Assembly (NCBI RefSeq): GCF_009834535.1
Contig: NC_045697.1
Coordinates: 22,322,001-22,386,000 of the forward strand
Direction: 5' to 3'
Source: Camelus ferus
Taxonomy: Eukaryota
Length of the DNA: 64,000 nt
Positions within the stretch are counted from its first letter, which is position 1; each line of letters opens with the position of its first letter. The notes beneath the pieces are model-generated. The model was not told the origin of the DNA. It did not search any database and saw nothing but the letters and a program-made list of their open reading frames with translations. Of the stretch, positions 52,385 through 64,000 are shown one piece after another. Both the position numbers and the translations under genes were made by a program.

Positions 52385-53515
52385 AGCATCACAGAGAAGT
52401 CTCCCATCTACCACTTGCCTCCACACACGCATAGCTTCCCCCGTTATCAACATGCCCCAGCAAAGTGGTACATTTATTACAACCGATGAACCTACATTAA
52501 CATATCATAACAATTCAAAGTCCAGATTTTACCTTGGGGTTCGTTCTTGGTGTTGCACATTCTGTGGGTTTGTATGAATGTCTAATGACACATGATATCA
52601 CACAGTATTTTCATGTCCAGAAAATGCTCTGTGCTCTGCCTATTCATCCCTCCCCCCACCCCCCAAAACCCCTAGAAACCATTGATTGTCTTCATAGCTT
52701 TGCCTTTTCCAGAATGTCATATAGAGGGAACCATACAGGATGTAGCCTTTTCAGATCAGCTTCTTTCACGTAGTAATATTTATTTAAGGTTCTTCCATGT
52801 CTTTTCATGGCGTGATAGCTAGTTTCTTTTTAGCTCTGAATAATATTCCATTATCTGGATGTACCACCGTTTGTCCATTCACCTACTGAAGGATATCTTG
52901 GTTGCTGCCAAGGTTTGGCATTTATGGACAAATTGTCTATAAACATGTGTGCCCAAGTTTTTTTTGTGTGTGTATGTAAGTTTTCAACTGCTTTGGGTAA
53001 ATATCATGGAGCATGATTGCTGTGTTGTATGGTAAGAGTACATTTAGTTGTCTAAGAAACTGCCAAATTTTCTTCCAAAGTGGGTGTACCATTTTGCATT
53101 TCCACTACAATGACTGAGAATTCCTTTTGTCTCACATCTTCACCAGCATTTAGTGTTATGATTGTTCTGGTTTTTGTCCATTCTAGTAAGTGTGTAGTGG
53201 AATCTTGATATTTTAATTTGCATCTCCCTGATGATATATAATGTAGAACATCTTTTCATATGTTTATTTGCCATGTGGATACGTTTTCTCGTGAGGTATC
53301 TGTTAGGGTCTTTGCCCATTTTTTAATGAGGTTGTTTGTTTTCTTATTGTTGAGTTTTGAGAGTTCTTTGTGTATTTTGGATAACAGTTCTTTATAAGAG
53401 GTGTGTTTTGCAAATATCTTCTCCCAGTTTGCAGCTTGTCTTCTCTTTCTCTTGATATTGTATTTTCTAGAGTAGAATTTTTTTACTTTTAATGAGTCCA
53501 GCTTCTCCATTTTCA
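52385..53515 (-). mobile_element. Old L1 (L1MC-like) ORF2 end + 3' UTR
   Basis: ORF 53256-53510 (NWEKIFAKHTSYKELLSKIHKEL...IKKWAK) is L1 ORF2; gtggtacatttattacaaccgatgaacctacatt is L1MC-type 3' UTR. Confidence 0.92.
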
Positions 53516-54388
53516 GGAAACTTAAAAAAAAATCAATCAGTTAAATACATTGAAGTTGTGTCATAGGTATGATGATAAAATAATTCAACTTTGTTTTTGG
53601 CAAACCTATTCAAGCATTGATAGGAAAGTGTGGACTAATTTCTTAAAAGCTCACACTAGTTCTCTTATTTCAAAATTCACTTATATTCAGATATTTTCTA
53701 ATTTCTTCTTTTGGAATATCCTTTGAAGCTTGCTCAGATCCTTTAAATTCAATGAGTTTTGGCACGTGGCCATTCTTCGTGAGTAGACTTGGTTTCTAGT
53801 AATTGTCGAAATTCATCTCATGTAAGTGTTAGGCACTTAAATTGGCAAAATTATTTTAAGACAAAATGTGTTGTGTCTCTAAATTAACAAGATTGCTTCA
53901 CTTTTGAGGCTTGTAATCTAGCTCTGAGAGCAAGTCACAGGAATGAATTTCAAAATGCTCGTGGGAACTTCACTGGAATTATTAAATAAATATGATGACC
54001 ACTTTGAAAAAGACAACACACATTTGGGTGTGAATACAAAATACTAATACATTTGCTTCAATTTTTGACTCTCTGGTAGCCAAATCTCCTTTACTTAAAA
54101 AAAAAAAAGGTCTTAGCTTCTTACAAAAGAGGACTGTGAAATAGCTTTACACCTCTGCCCACATGCTGTTTCTAAGCGCATGAAAATAGGGCAATTGTCT
54201 TCCCCCTCTGAGTCCTATTGCATTTTTAAAGAAAAATTTTAGTTCAGGTTATGCCTTGTTACGATTTCTTTTTCTGCAACTCTCCAAAAGACATACCACA
54301 TTGTGTCCTTGATATAAGATTTATGGAGAAAGTTCATTGGGCATACCTGAGCTTTTCTATGAATCTTGGCATATAAAATTAGAATAGA

Positions 54389-54895
54389 ATATGACACAGC
54401 AGTTAACACCAAAATGGTGGAAGAGTCAACGCCCAGTAGGCCTTGAGGCTCAAGATGGTGGGAGATTTGACTTCAGTAGACCTTGAGCTTCATTATATGC
54501 TCACTGTACTATATTAGCATGATTAATAACATGCCCACAGTCACCATGACAGTTCCAAGGCTGACCATAAAAAGTCAAAGAGTGGGCAGTGGCCCAATTC
54601 CTGGGAATCCCAGCCCCTTCCCCAGGGTAGTTGGAGTAGCCCTCCCACTTATTAGCATATGAAGCTACTAAGCCCATAAAAACTAGCAACACCGTACCTC
54701 GTGGCTGCCTCTCTAGCTCTCTCTTCTTCAGAGACAGCCCGCACTCTGTCTATGGAGTGTGTGCCTACATTTACTTTAACCTGAGCCCCCAACCCCCACA
54801 TCTTGTGGCCTTTCTCTTGCCTTCTGAAACAGTCTACACTCTATGCAGTATTTATCACTCTAAATAAATCTACCTTTACTAAAAAAAAAAAAAAA
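54389..54895 (+). mobile_element. Retroposed ERV LTR transcript (U3-R-polyA, no U5)
   Basis: Homologous to LTR 50992-51624; AATAAA 54863-54868, A15 at 54881-54895; TSD aaaattagaataga (54375-54388, 54892-54905). Confidence 0.88.
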
Positions 54896-56085
54896 TTAGA
54901 ATAGATTCATAGAGTGTAGGACTGGAATTAGTTGAAGTGAGTGGGACACGTACTGCAGACACAAAGTTTATGAGGCCCAAAACACTTAGTAACCAAGGCA
55001 AGTAATATTATAAAGCAAATTATTAAGCAAATCAAAATTAATATAAAAATTCATAATGTACAAAATATTAAATGTTTAAATAAAACAGAGTTTCTGTGTT
55101 TGTTTTGCCACCTTGCATTATTGTGCAGGAAAACAATATCAGCTTGAAGTTCCTGGGCTGGGTTGATGTCATGTCCCCACTGGGATGGTTTATGAGAGTT
55201 GACAACAGTGTGGGAACAGATTGGATAGTGTAGACTGTAATAGATCATCATATTGCTTGATTATAGAACTTTCATTAACTCTTGCCAACTGGTTCTCAAC
55301 ATGAAAGACTGCTTTGTAAGTGTGTGTAGGGGAGCAGGTTTTCCTCGGATTATAATTTTTTTTTCACAGCTGCCTTTGCCTTTTGCTACCAAGCAGTGAT
55401 AGGCAGTCACTTTTTTTAACTCCCCAGAGGTATGTGCATGAGATTCACCACCACCCTGTGTCATATTGAATAATGGAGAGTCAGACAGTACTGTTGGGAG
55501 AAATCAACTTGAATGCCTGTTTAGACAAAACGGTTATTATTTTTTTAGATTGCTATATTGTTTCAGAATAATGTAAAAGTACATAGAAGGCAGAAATAAT
55601 GTGAAGGCATAAACATCAAGAGATAAATACTGTGGGTATCGTTGTACTAAAGAGGAAATTCTGCTTATTCTTCGATATTTAAATGTTTGCTGTTTATTCA
55701 GCATATGACCTGATTTAAATTATTTACAATTCAAGTATTTGTGTCTACTGTGGATCTTGTTTTGGCTGTTCAGTATAAAATGGGTCTCCTTGTTATTTCT
55801 TGTATACTGTATACAACCTAGATTAGCATAATCACTGTGATTAACATTAATTGAGGAGCAGAAATGAAAATGGTTGCTGAAAACAGTTTGACTGATATGT
55901 ACAATTGTAAAATTTTGCATTACATGAATACTTAAATTGCAACATTTGACTTCGGTTCTAAAATTTCTGAAGCCTTAGTGAAAGAATAGAATTTTGGTCA
56001 TAGATGAATATATAAATGTATGCTTGACAAAAATGCAGGTGTGATCTCTATGGAAATATACACTGCCATCCCAACGTATTACTGG

Positions 56086-56312
56086 GAGGCACCGTGATAT
56101 GATAGAAGTATAGACTCTCTCGTTACGCTAAGACACAAGTCAATCCTTGCTTTAATTATTAGCTGTGTAACTGTGAGTCAGTTAGTGACTCTCTCTAGGG
56201 CTCAGTTTTCTTACCAGTAAAATGGGAGTAATTAATCTAACTTACTAGGTGGTTGTAAGTCTTAAAACTCTATATGCAAGTTTTTTGGCATGTTAGGCAA
56301 ATGGTAAATGTT
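56086..56312 (+). mobile_element. MIR SINE
   Basis: ttagctgtgtaact...ggctcagttttcttaccagtaaaatggg...ggttgtaag. Confidence 0.8.
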
Positions 56313-56756
56313 TTCTAAAATTATCTATGCTTTATTACATCTATTGATTTTCTTTTCTGTTTCATTGCTTCATGTCACATTTCTTATTCAGACTTTTGCA
56401 TTTTATTCCACATTATTTCCACTAATAGCTTTCACTGTTTGTAATGTTACCAACTCTTGTAAATTTACTTTCCTTTTCATTTTTGTAGAGAGGTTCTGAA
56501 AGTCTCTATAGGTTTTCTTTTTCTTGTTTCCGTGCCTATTGTCCCATTTCTAATCTAAAATTATTGCAATAAGAGCCAGGTTTTCCTTTGGAAGTGTTAA
56601 GTTATAGTGGGTGTTCAATAAAAGGTGGTCTCCTGTTGTTTATTTCAAACAAATTTAACTTCTACTAAAAATACAAAGGATCTGCATCTACAATATCAAT
56701 TTGGGAAAGATAATCAGTGGAGTTTACTATTAACTGCTAAAAATTATAAATGTAAA

Positions 56757-56826
56757 CATACATGCATGTGTGTATATACACACACACACACACACACACA
56801 TATATGTGTGTGTATATATATATATT
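56757..56826. repeat. Alternating purine-pyrimidine (CA)n/(TG)n/(TA)n tract
   Basis: Directly visible. Confidence 0.95.
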
Positions 56827-57069
56827 TCAAAAGCTTAAAAATAAAAATTGGAAAGTAAAGGAAAAATATCTGTTGGTTTGATTTTCCTGATAATCAGATA
56901 TTATCTGTGATAGATACCAATAAAGACAGAGAAAAAAGTTGTCAGATTACTTATCACACAGGAAATTGTGACTCTACAAGAGATAATTCTTTCTGTTATC
57001 ACTCACAAGGAAAAATTAGCTGGGCTTACAAACATTTCTTCCTTACTTTTGTCTTCCAAGTCACCAGGA

Positions 57070-57568
57070 ACACATTCAATAGCAAATAACATTTAAAAAT
57101 ATATATAAATATCACTAAACATATTTTTCTCTTGCATACAACAACTAGTTTGAAGATGAAAAGTTGATAGCGTTAGTTTAGCTATTCAGTGTATCATAAA
57201 AAACCAGGGCTTTTCCATGTTTCTAGTCTATGATCCTCAGAATTTTGGCCTTTTAGTCTTAAATATGTTGACTCATGGCTACAAGAAAGCTACCACAGCT
57301 GCAGATATTAAGACCTCATTCTGGGGCAGGAATGTAAGCCAGAGCAGTTAGACAACTTCTCATGCAGATTTGCTGCTTGTGAAATTATTTTTGCACAAAG
57401 ACCCTTAGCAGAATTCTCCTTTATCTCTTTTGTGAGAAATGAAAAATGACTACTCCCTAAACAAGAAGTTTTAGGCCGACTTTCTCTGAGATCTTCTTAA
57501 TGCTTTAAGAAAATCAGGGCTCTGTCAGCAAGAAAGTGGTGTTTGAGCAACCATTATGCCTGTCACAT
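57070..57568 (-). mobile_element. Old MaLR LTR (MLT1J/K-like)
   Basis: ctcatggctacaagaaagctaccacagct...ggctctgtcagcaagaaa...tgtcaca. Confidence 0.55.
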
Positions 57569-59529
57569 AGACACACAAACACACATACAAAATTTCACTC
57601 TACAGGAGAAAGCATGAGAAACTGTCATCTCTCTTCATACTGTTTTTTCCTATTTTTTTATTGAGCTCTAAAAATGTTAGAAAATGTTAGTTCACTAATA
57701 ATCACAGTTAATACTTCTTCGATCAAAGACTCTTCTGAAACTGAAAGTGTAGATACAAGTCTGGAGTACTCAGCTTCAAATACATGTCTGGTTTTGGAGG
57801 TAACTGTTACATCTCTCCATTAATAAAGAAAAGGAAGAACAAAGAGAAAATAGATGCAGGGAAATAAGATGGTGAATGCATAGGTGCGTGTTAAACATGC
57901 TAATCTCTTCATAAACGTTGGTCATAATTTAGCTTTAAACTTCTTGGCAACCAATACGAAGAGGAAAATCAATCAAGCTCAAGACATTGATAGTATCCAT
58001 AAAACAGAAATGAACTTCTGACTCACAGGAAACCCAGCTAATCTGGAAAAATCCAGAGATGTTTTCCCCAGGGTTCTGATAAAAAGAACAATGTATAACC
58101 CAGTGAATCTGGGTCCACTAACTTCTTTACAGCAAATACACTGCAGCATTTCTCAGGGGCATTTTCTTGTAAGCTCTTTCAATTTGAACAATAGCAAACC
58201 ACGTAAGTATGATTCAGTAAACACAATTCTTGGTCACGGGCCATAGACCTGGCAAATCCTGAAACAGGAAGGATAATAGAACCACATGTAATAAATCTAT
58301 CTGCCCTGTCTCCTTTGCAAATTCATCTTCATAAATGAGAGTAACAGACACAGGAAATGTACAAGCAAATCTATCCGGTCTCACAGTTGACAATACATTT
58401 GGTCAATTTTGGTTAGTTTATTACCTCTGAAGTTCTCAAGGTCTCAACAATATTTTTCTTACGTTTGTCCTAGTGAGATTTCAGCACCTACTAACAATCC
58501 TTAAAAAAAATTGTAATAAAACTGAGATCATAAGATTCAAGTAATTCTCAGGACAAACTAGAGTTGCCATTTGACCTCTTATTTTTAAAAATTTACTTTC
58601 CTATAAATGTTTCCTAAAGATAAATTAAAGATTTAGTCATGAAAGACCCTGCTGAGCAATAGTGTGTCAAAAGATTACCTTCGATCCTGACCACTGACTT
58701 TTATATCTGTAAGTAATTAAATATTTAGGGAGTTAATTCATTTCCAACCATTAATTTTCATCTCAGGTTAAGTGGTTTGTCTGTTTGACTTCATTGCAAA
58801 TTACCAGGACCTGAACTTAGACATCACTTGGCAAAAGATAAAAATCTCAAGGGTCCCAGAGCCCCTGTTATTAATCTGTATTATGGAGGTGACCATTTAG
58901 ACTGCATAAAGAACATATTTTCAATATAACCTTTCAACTTTCCATGACACGTTTAAAGGCAAAATCAGACATAATTTATAAGATTTAGGAGGTATGCTAT
59001 TGTTTCTTAAAATAGCATTTTTAATATGTAATAAGGGTATATGACATTTTAAAACTGAGCCTTAAATTTGTTTTGTTTATTTGTAAGGAACATTCTTTTG
59101 GAAAATGTCATCACTTGTTTATTTGACAATAAAAAGAACTCAGTGGTTTGATTATATCATTGTCGGCTTATCTATTGCTTGCCTCCAAATTCACCTTGGA
59201 AACACACAAAAGAATCCTGGATCAGTTTAGGCAAAAGATCTACTATTTGGGAAGCTTAGCAAGTTAGAAATGTGAATAAAGGCATGTACATTAATTGCAA
59301 AAGGTCACCAAAATGGCAGGTGCAAAAATGCAGGTGCAAATAATTAACCTCTTGAGCAAGAAATTGGTTGATTGCAGGTGTAATTAGTGAAACACAGGAT
59401 AAAGAAGGAATGGTGGAGTTCTGTTGAAAATTTAATCTTGAGTTGTACAAGTTTTCAAACCACACTGTAATCAAGTTAAAACTGTTGTTGAAAGTTCAGA
59501 AATAACAAAAGTAAATCCATTGACTCACC

Positions 59530-59830
59530 TGTTAACCTAAAAGAAATAGACTGTCAGTTGTTTCTCCAGTAAATACGGGTTTTTTGGGATCAGCAAAGAA
59601 ATGCAATTCAGGGTCTGCTACCACGGTGAGCCACATGCAAGTCCCCACGTGGCAAGGGAAAAAGATGCTTTCATAGAGAGGAAAAGGAAGTTGGGAGGGC
59701 CATAGTTTCATTGGCTGTGTCCTTGCTAGAGAAGAGGAGGCCTGCCTGTTCAGCAATCCTATTATTGCAGGGTGCAAAAACTCCTGACACTATTTAATTG
59801 AATTAATTTCTGTTGATTAATTTTTTTACA
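59530..59830 (-). mobile_element. Short ERV1-class solo LTR
   Basis: tgttaac...tttaca termini; near-TSD CACC (59526-59529) / CACT (59831-59834). Confidence 0.7.
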
Positions 59831-60449
59831 CACTGAAGTAGTAATTAATAATAGTTTATTGTGCACACACCAAAAAAAAAAAAAAGTTTGCAAGTTGGGA
59901 GCACTCAAACCAAAACATGGAAAGAGGCTCAGGGATCTGTTTATTCTTCACAGTAATTGGTTATAATACTAGGTTTTTCTTAAATAATAGAGAATAGATC
60001 AGTGGTTACCTCATATCAATCTTGGGAAACAGTTTAAGTTTTGCTTATGATTTCCAGAAGTGCAAATAAGAAATGACCCAGGTCAAGTTAGGCTTGCAAA
60101 ATAAGCTAAAATGAATTTTGCTTGTAGGACTATACTGGTTTTGTCTGCTCAGGGAATTTTCAAGGCTGGTCTCCATTTGCTTTTGATTTTTATCAGTATC
60201 AACAATTAAACTTGCTAACATTTGGCTTTCACAGCAACTGTCTATTTTGCAGTGGTAAAGGAAAATAACGCTGTTAAGAAATAGGTTTTTCATTTACTCT
60301 CTGTCTTTCAAATAAACTTGTAATTCCTCAAGAACAATGTTTCTCTATACCTGATCATATTGTAAGTTAGTTAATAAAAGAATAATGTTTGGAATAAAGA
60401 CTACTGGGAAAAATTTGACCATATAAGAATCCAAACTAAATCACACCAA

Positions 60450-61120
60450 GAAAATATTTTTATGTTTTATATTGGCAACAATCCAAAAGTGTATTAACAT
60501 AACACCTAAATTAAAAGCTACCTTTTATACACTGAATGTAAGAGAATAAATTAGTGTAACCTCTGTGCAGGTCAATTTAGCAAAATTAATCAAAACTGCA
60601 AATATATATCCACTTTAATCAAAAAATTCTATTTCTAGGATTAAATTCTACAAATACCCTTGCATTACGGAAATGCTGCATTAAAAAGTTATTTACTTAA
60701 CATTATCTGCCATAATGAATGATGAGAAACAAAACAGATATCTATCAAAATAGGTCTATTAATATAAACTGTGATTCATCCACAGAATGAAATACTACAC
60801 AACTATGAAAATGAATGGGAATGTTCTCTATGGACTAATATAGAAAGATTGCTAAGATACATTAAGTGAAAAAAAAAGCAAAGTACAGAATAGTATGAAT
60901 ATTACTCTAACTTTGCATAAAATATACTTTTATACTAATATTTGCCTTCATAAACACTGAGAAGATTAATAATAATGGTTATTATACTTTAGGGGAGGGA
61001 GCAAGGGAAGTGTGGATGGATACAGGACCGAGCTGGGAGGATACTTTTCACTCTATACTTTTTATTTTGTGTATTTTTTGAATTTAGTAATGTTTAAAAT
61101 AAATCACCTATCGAAAAAAT
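60450..61120 (+). mobile_element. Ancient L1 (L1ME-like) 3' region
   Basis: aattctatttctagga...taaactgtgattcatccacagaatgaaatactac...attaagtgaaaaaaaagcaa. Confidence 0.75.
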
Positions 61121-61394
61121 TACAGAAATATAAACAAGAGTTGTCACAAAATTAAAGCTGATGAGTGCTGTTCCAGATTTTTTTTTTTCTAAGATCAATC
61201 AATATACTTTAATACTGAGAATTCTTCATCTGTCTTTCTAGGACTAGGACTAGGACTATTTCTTGGTAAAGTATGTTGGGACCCTTCAAATATTTATATA
61301 ATTTTATTTTTTGTCCCTTAACCTTTGTAAGAGTTTGATGAGATACTTTTTATTTGGATTCTCTGAATAACACCTCATTGTTTTGCTTTTGATT

Positions 61395-61510
61395 ATATTC
61401 GCAGAGATCGCCTAACACCATATGGGTAGTAGCCTTGCCTGTCCTGTTCAATCCACTTTTCTCACAGTCTGGAAGAGTATCTGTCACCTAATCAGGCTCA
61501 ATGTAATTTG
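61395..61510 (+). mobile_element. L2 3' end fragment
   Basis: ccttgcctgtcctgttca...gtatctgtcacctaatcaggctcaat. Confidence 0.45.
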
Positions 61511-62029
61511 ATATAAGAGTCAGTTCCTGTGGGAGTAAACGAACAAGGACTTTTGACACTCTGAGCAAAACAGGCACATGGGATTTTTCCTTTAAGCTAA
61601 TGTCTGACACTTTCTGTTATTGACATATCTTCTTGGGCTGTATTCGTATCCATGGATTGTTCTTTCTTAGCTCCCAGTGCTTGCTGCTGCTGAGGTCAGC
61701 AGTTATCCTACTGAAAATCACTTTTATCTATGTCAATAAGTTTTTCTGATAATCTGACACATTCTAATGTGATAATAGGTAAGCCTAAAAAGGCATACCT
61801 AGGTTACCTATGTATTCATTTTAATGAGAGCTTCTCGGGCACAATACCTATATATTTATATAAAAATCAAACATCTTATGTGACCACTGTTTTCAGGGGG
61901 TGCATAGGATTGCCCTTGCTCAGCGTAACCCTCAATGAGATGGCATTTTGTCGGTAAGTCTCAGGATGTTGGTCCTGACAGGATCCTCACAACCTCATAA
62001 GGTAGCTGATTAGCTCCTTAATAACTCTA

Positions 62030-62252
62030 AATATATATAAAATAGATAAACAACAAGGACCTACTGTATAGCACTATATACAATTGAATATAGTTCTATA
62101 TATATATATTCAATTTCTTATAATAACGTATAATGGAAAAGCATCTGAAAAGAAAAAATTACGTATCTATGTATACATATAACTGAATCACTTTTTCTGT
62201 ACACCCGAAACTAACATTGTAAATCAACATTACAATAAAAAAAATAATAAAA
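62030..62252 (+). mobile_element. L1 3' tail
   Basis: tataaaatagataaacaacaaggacctactgtatagcac...aactgaatcacttt...AATAAA + A tail. Confidence 0.9.
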
Positions 62253-64000
62253 TGTAATCAATTTTCCTGCGTTTTTTGATCTAATACTCCTGTGTCTACT
62301 CTTTGGCCCTTCAAGATAAAAGATACAACCCAAGAACAGCTCTTCCAATATTGGAAGGAAGTTGTACTCTCTTCTACTAAACTTTTCTTTTCTTTTCCCC
62401 CAGCTGGCACCCTGTGCCTTTTTTTCTTTGTTTTCCTTTTATTATTTATGTTTTAATTTCAGAAAAATGAGTTTCTCTAATTTTGCAAATGTGTGAACAT
62501 ATATACCGTTAAATTTAACTTGCAAAATTTAATGGGTTCTATTTTGGCTAATTTGATTTCAGAGAAATTTTATATAGAAATTTCATTGAGTCATGAAAGT
62601 TGGTTTACATAAAAAATGCTCATGCAATTATGCATGCCTTCCTAGTATGCATGTGTATGTGTATGCATGTGTATGCGTTCAGTATATGTCAAAGAACAGA
62701 ACTATAGAAATCTTATCACTCTGTAGTTTGTTCTTCACTTAGATGCTTGAAATTTGCAGCAAATTAACAGCATAGAAGATAAAATAACCCTATAGTTGTA
62801 AAGTTGCTTTAAAATATTAACTCAAGAAACAGAGGACTGACACTGGCTTATAGCTAATGGAAACAAAACACTAATGAAGAGGTACTTTATTATCTCCAGA
62901 CCTTGGAAATGCACTTGAAATTGAAATTGTAAAAGACAGCAAGTAAGTTATTAGATTTAGAAATTTTACAATAAAATCTTTTGTTATATATTTTAATGTA
63001 TCCTTTGTGCTCCCACAAGATTTTACGGCATGTGTTTTCAAAACTCATTTCTGTATTTTGAAATCTCTGCCTATAATGTCTTAAAGTTGTCAACAGTTGG
63101 AAAACAATAGACACAGTTCTTCTCAGAGTAGACTGTGTTTGTGGGTAGAGGGAGGGGTCATACTGCATGAGATGCCTGAGCAATGACAGGGCAACCCTAT
63201 GAAGGGAAGAATTCCTCTTCCAAAGGGTGTGGTGCCAGCTAGTCAGCTGGTCCGAGGCCTGGCTGGAGGCAAGGAGCTGAGGAATGGGTTGTGGCTGCAG
63301 GCCAGAGCTTTTCAAAGAGAAAAGGAAACAAAGAGATAGTAATCGACTTTACAGTCAGGCCAACCATATGGTACGGCTCACTGTCTCCAGCAGGTTGTTT
63401 TTTTTTTCCCCTCAATTTCCACCCTAAAATGAAGAAAGGAAGTGAGAACCTTTGAAAAGAATTCCTACAGCACATCACTGGGAAATCTTTGGGATTTGTT
63501 TTTATAAGCCAGGGAGACAAGATGACAGGAAGCTCATTGAAAAAAAAAGAAAGAAAGAAAAAAGAAAGAGAAGGAGATGGCTTTGGGAGACTTGGAAAAA
63601 TACAGCAAATGTACTACATTATGATATAGGAGTAGGGAGTCAGAGGATAAAAGTTACTGGAGTCTGCTGGTACTCCTGGGTGTGAACATAGCAAATGTCT
63701 CAGGACACCTGATAGATATGTGTGGAAGGACATATCATTCACCCTCTAATGGTCTGATATGAAAAATGAGGTCATTTAAATAGCTGGACAAAAAAAGACC
63801 AGCCAAGCTTGGGACATGGTGTAGATTCACACATATTCTGATTACTGAATTCTCAGTGCAAAGTCGAGAGGACGAAGATTGTTCTTAATGATCTAAGAGA
63901 CCAAAGCAATAGGTAACCATCTCCTGGGGAACTTTTTCATTTAATTCAGCAGGCAGGTTTAAAGGATTTATCTGTACAGATCATTATAGTTATGACAGAA

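Noticed and set aside
62890..63315. 141-aa minus-strand ORF
   Set aside because: No recognisable homology, non-ATG start, no splice or promoter context.

Overview
AT-rich mammalian genomic DNA, most likely camelid (a Vic-1-type tRNA-derived SINE is present; I saw no ruminant Bov-A/BovB or pig PRE-1 elements). The only protein-coding feature I can support is the terminal coding exon of protocadherin-7 (PCDH7, + strand, 19385-19761). It is preceded by the end of a long intron and followed by a ~3.9 kb 3' UTR with many miRNA-seed and RNA-binding-protein motifs. The remaining ~40 kb is downstream intergenic sequence with L1, L2, MIR, MaLR/ERV1 LTRs, DNA transposon relics and a full-length degenerate U2 snRNA copy. 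Nearly all other ORFs in the track are spurious or L1-derived. I found no new protein-coding system. The most unusual structures are: (i) an ERV LTR transcript (U3-R-polyA, no U5) apparently retroposed by L1 with a perfect 14-bp TSD, 3 kb from a related LTR that keeps U5; (ii) a 112-bp local sequence copied into an LTR that sits in a MIR>LTR>SINE nest; (iii) a U2 copy with gene-like 3' flank; (iv) an overlapping CPE/Pumilio/poly(A)-hexamer module at the PCDH7 3' end. Repeat family names come from recalled consensus sequences and need RepeatMasker/Dfam confirmation.
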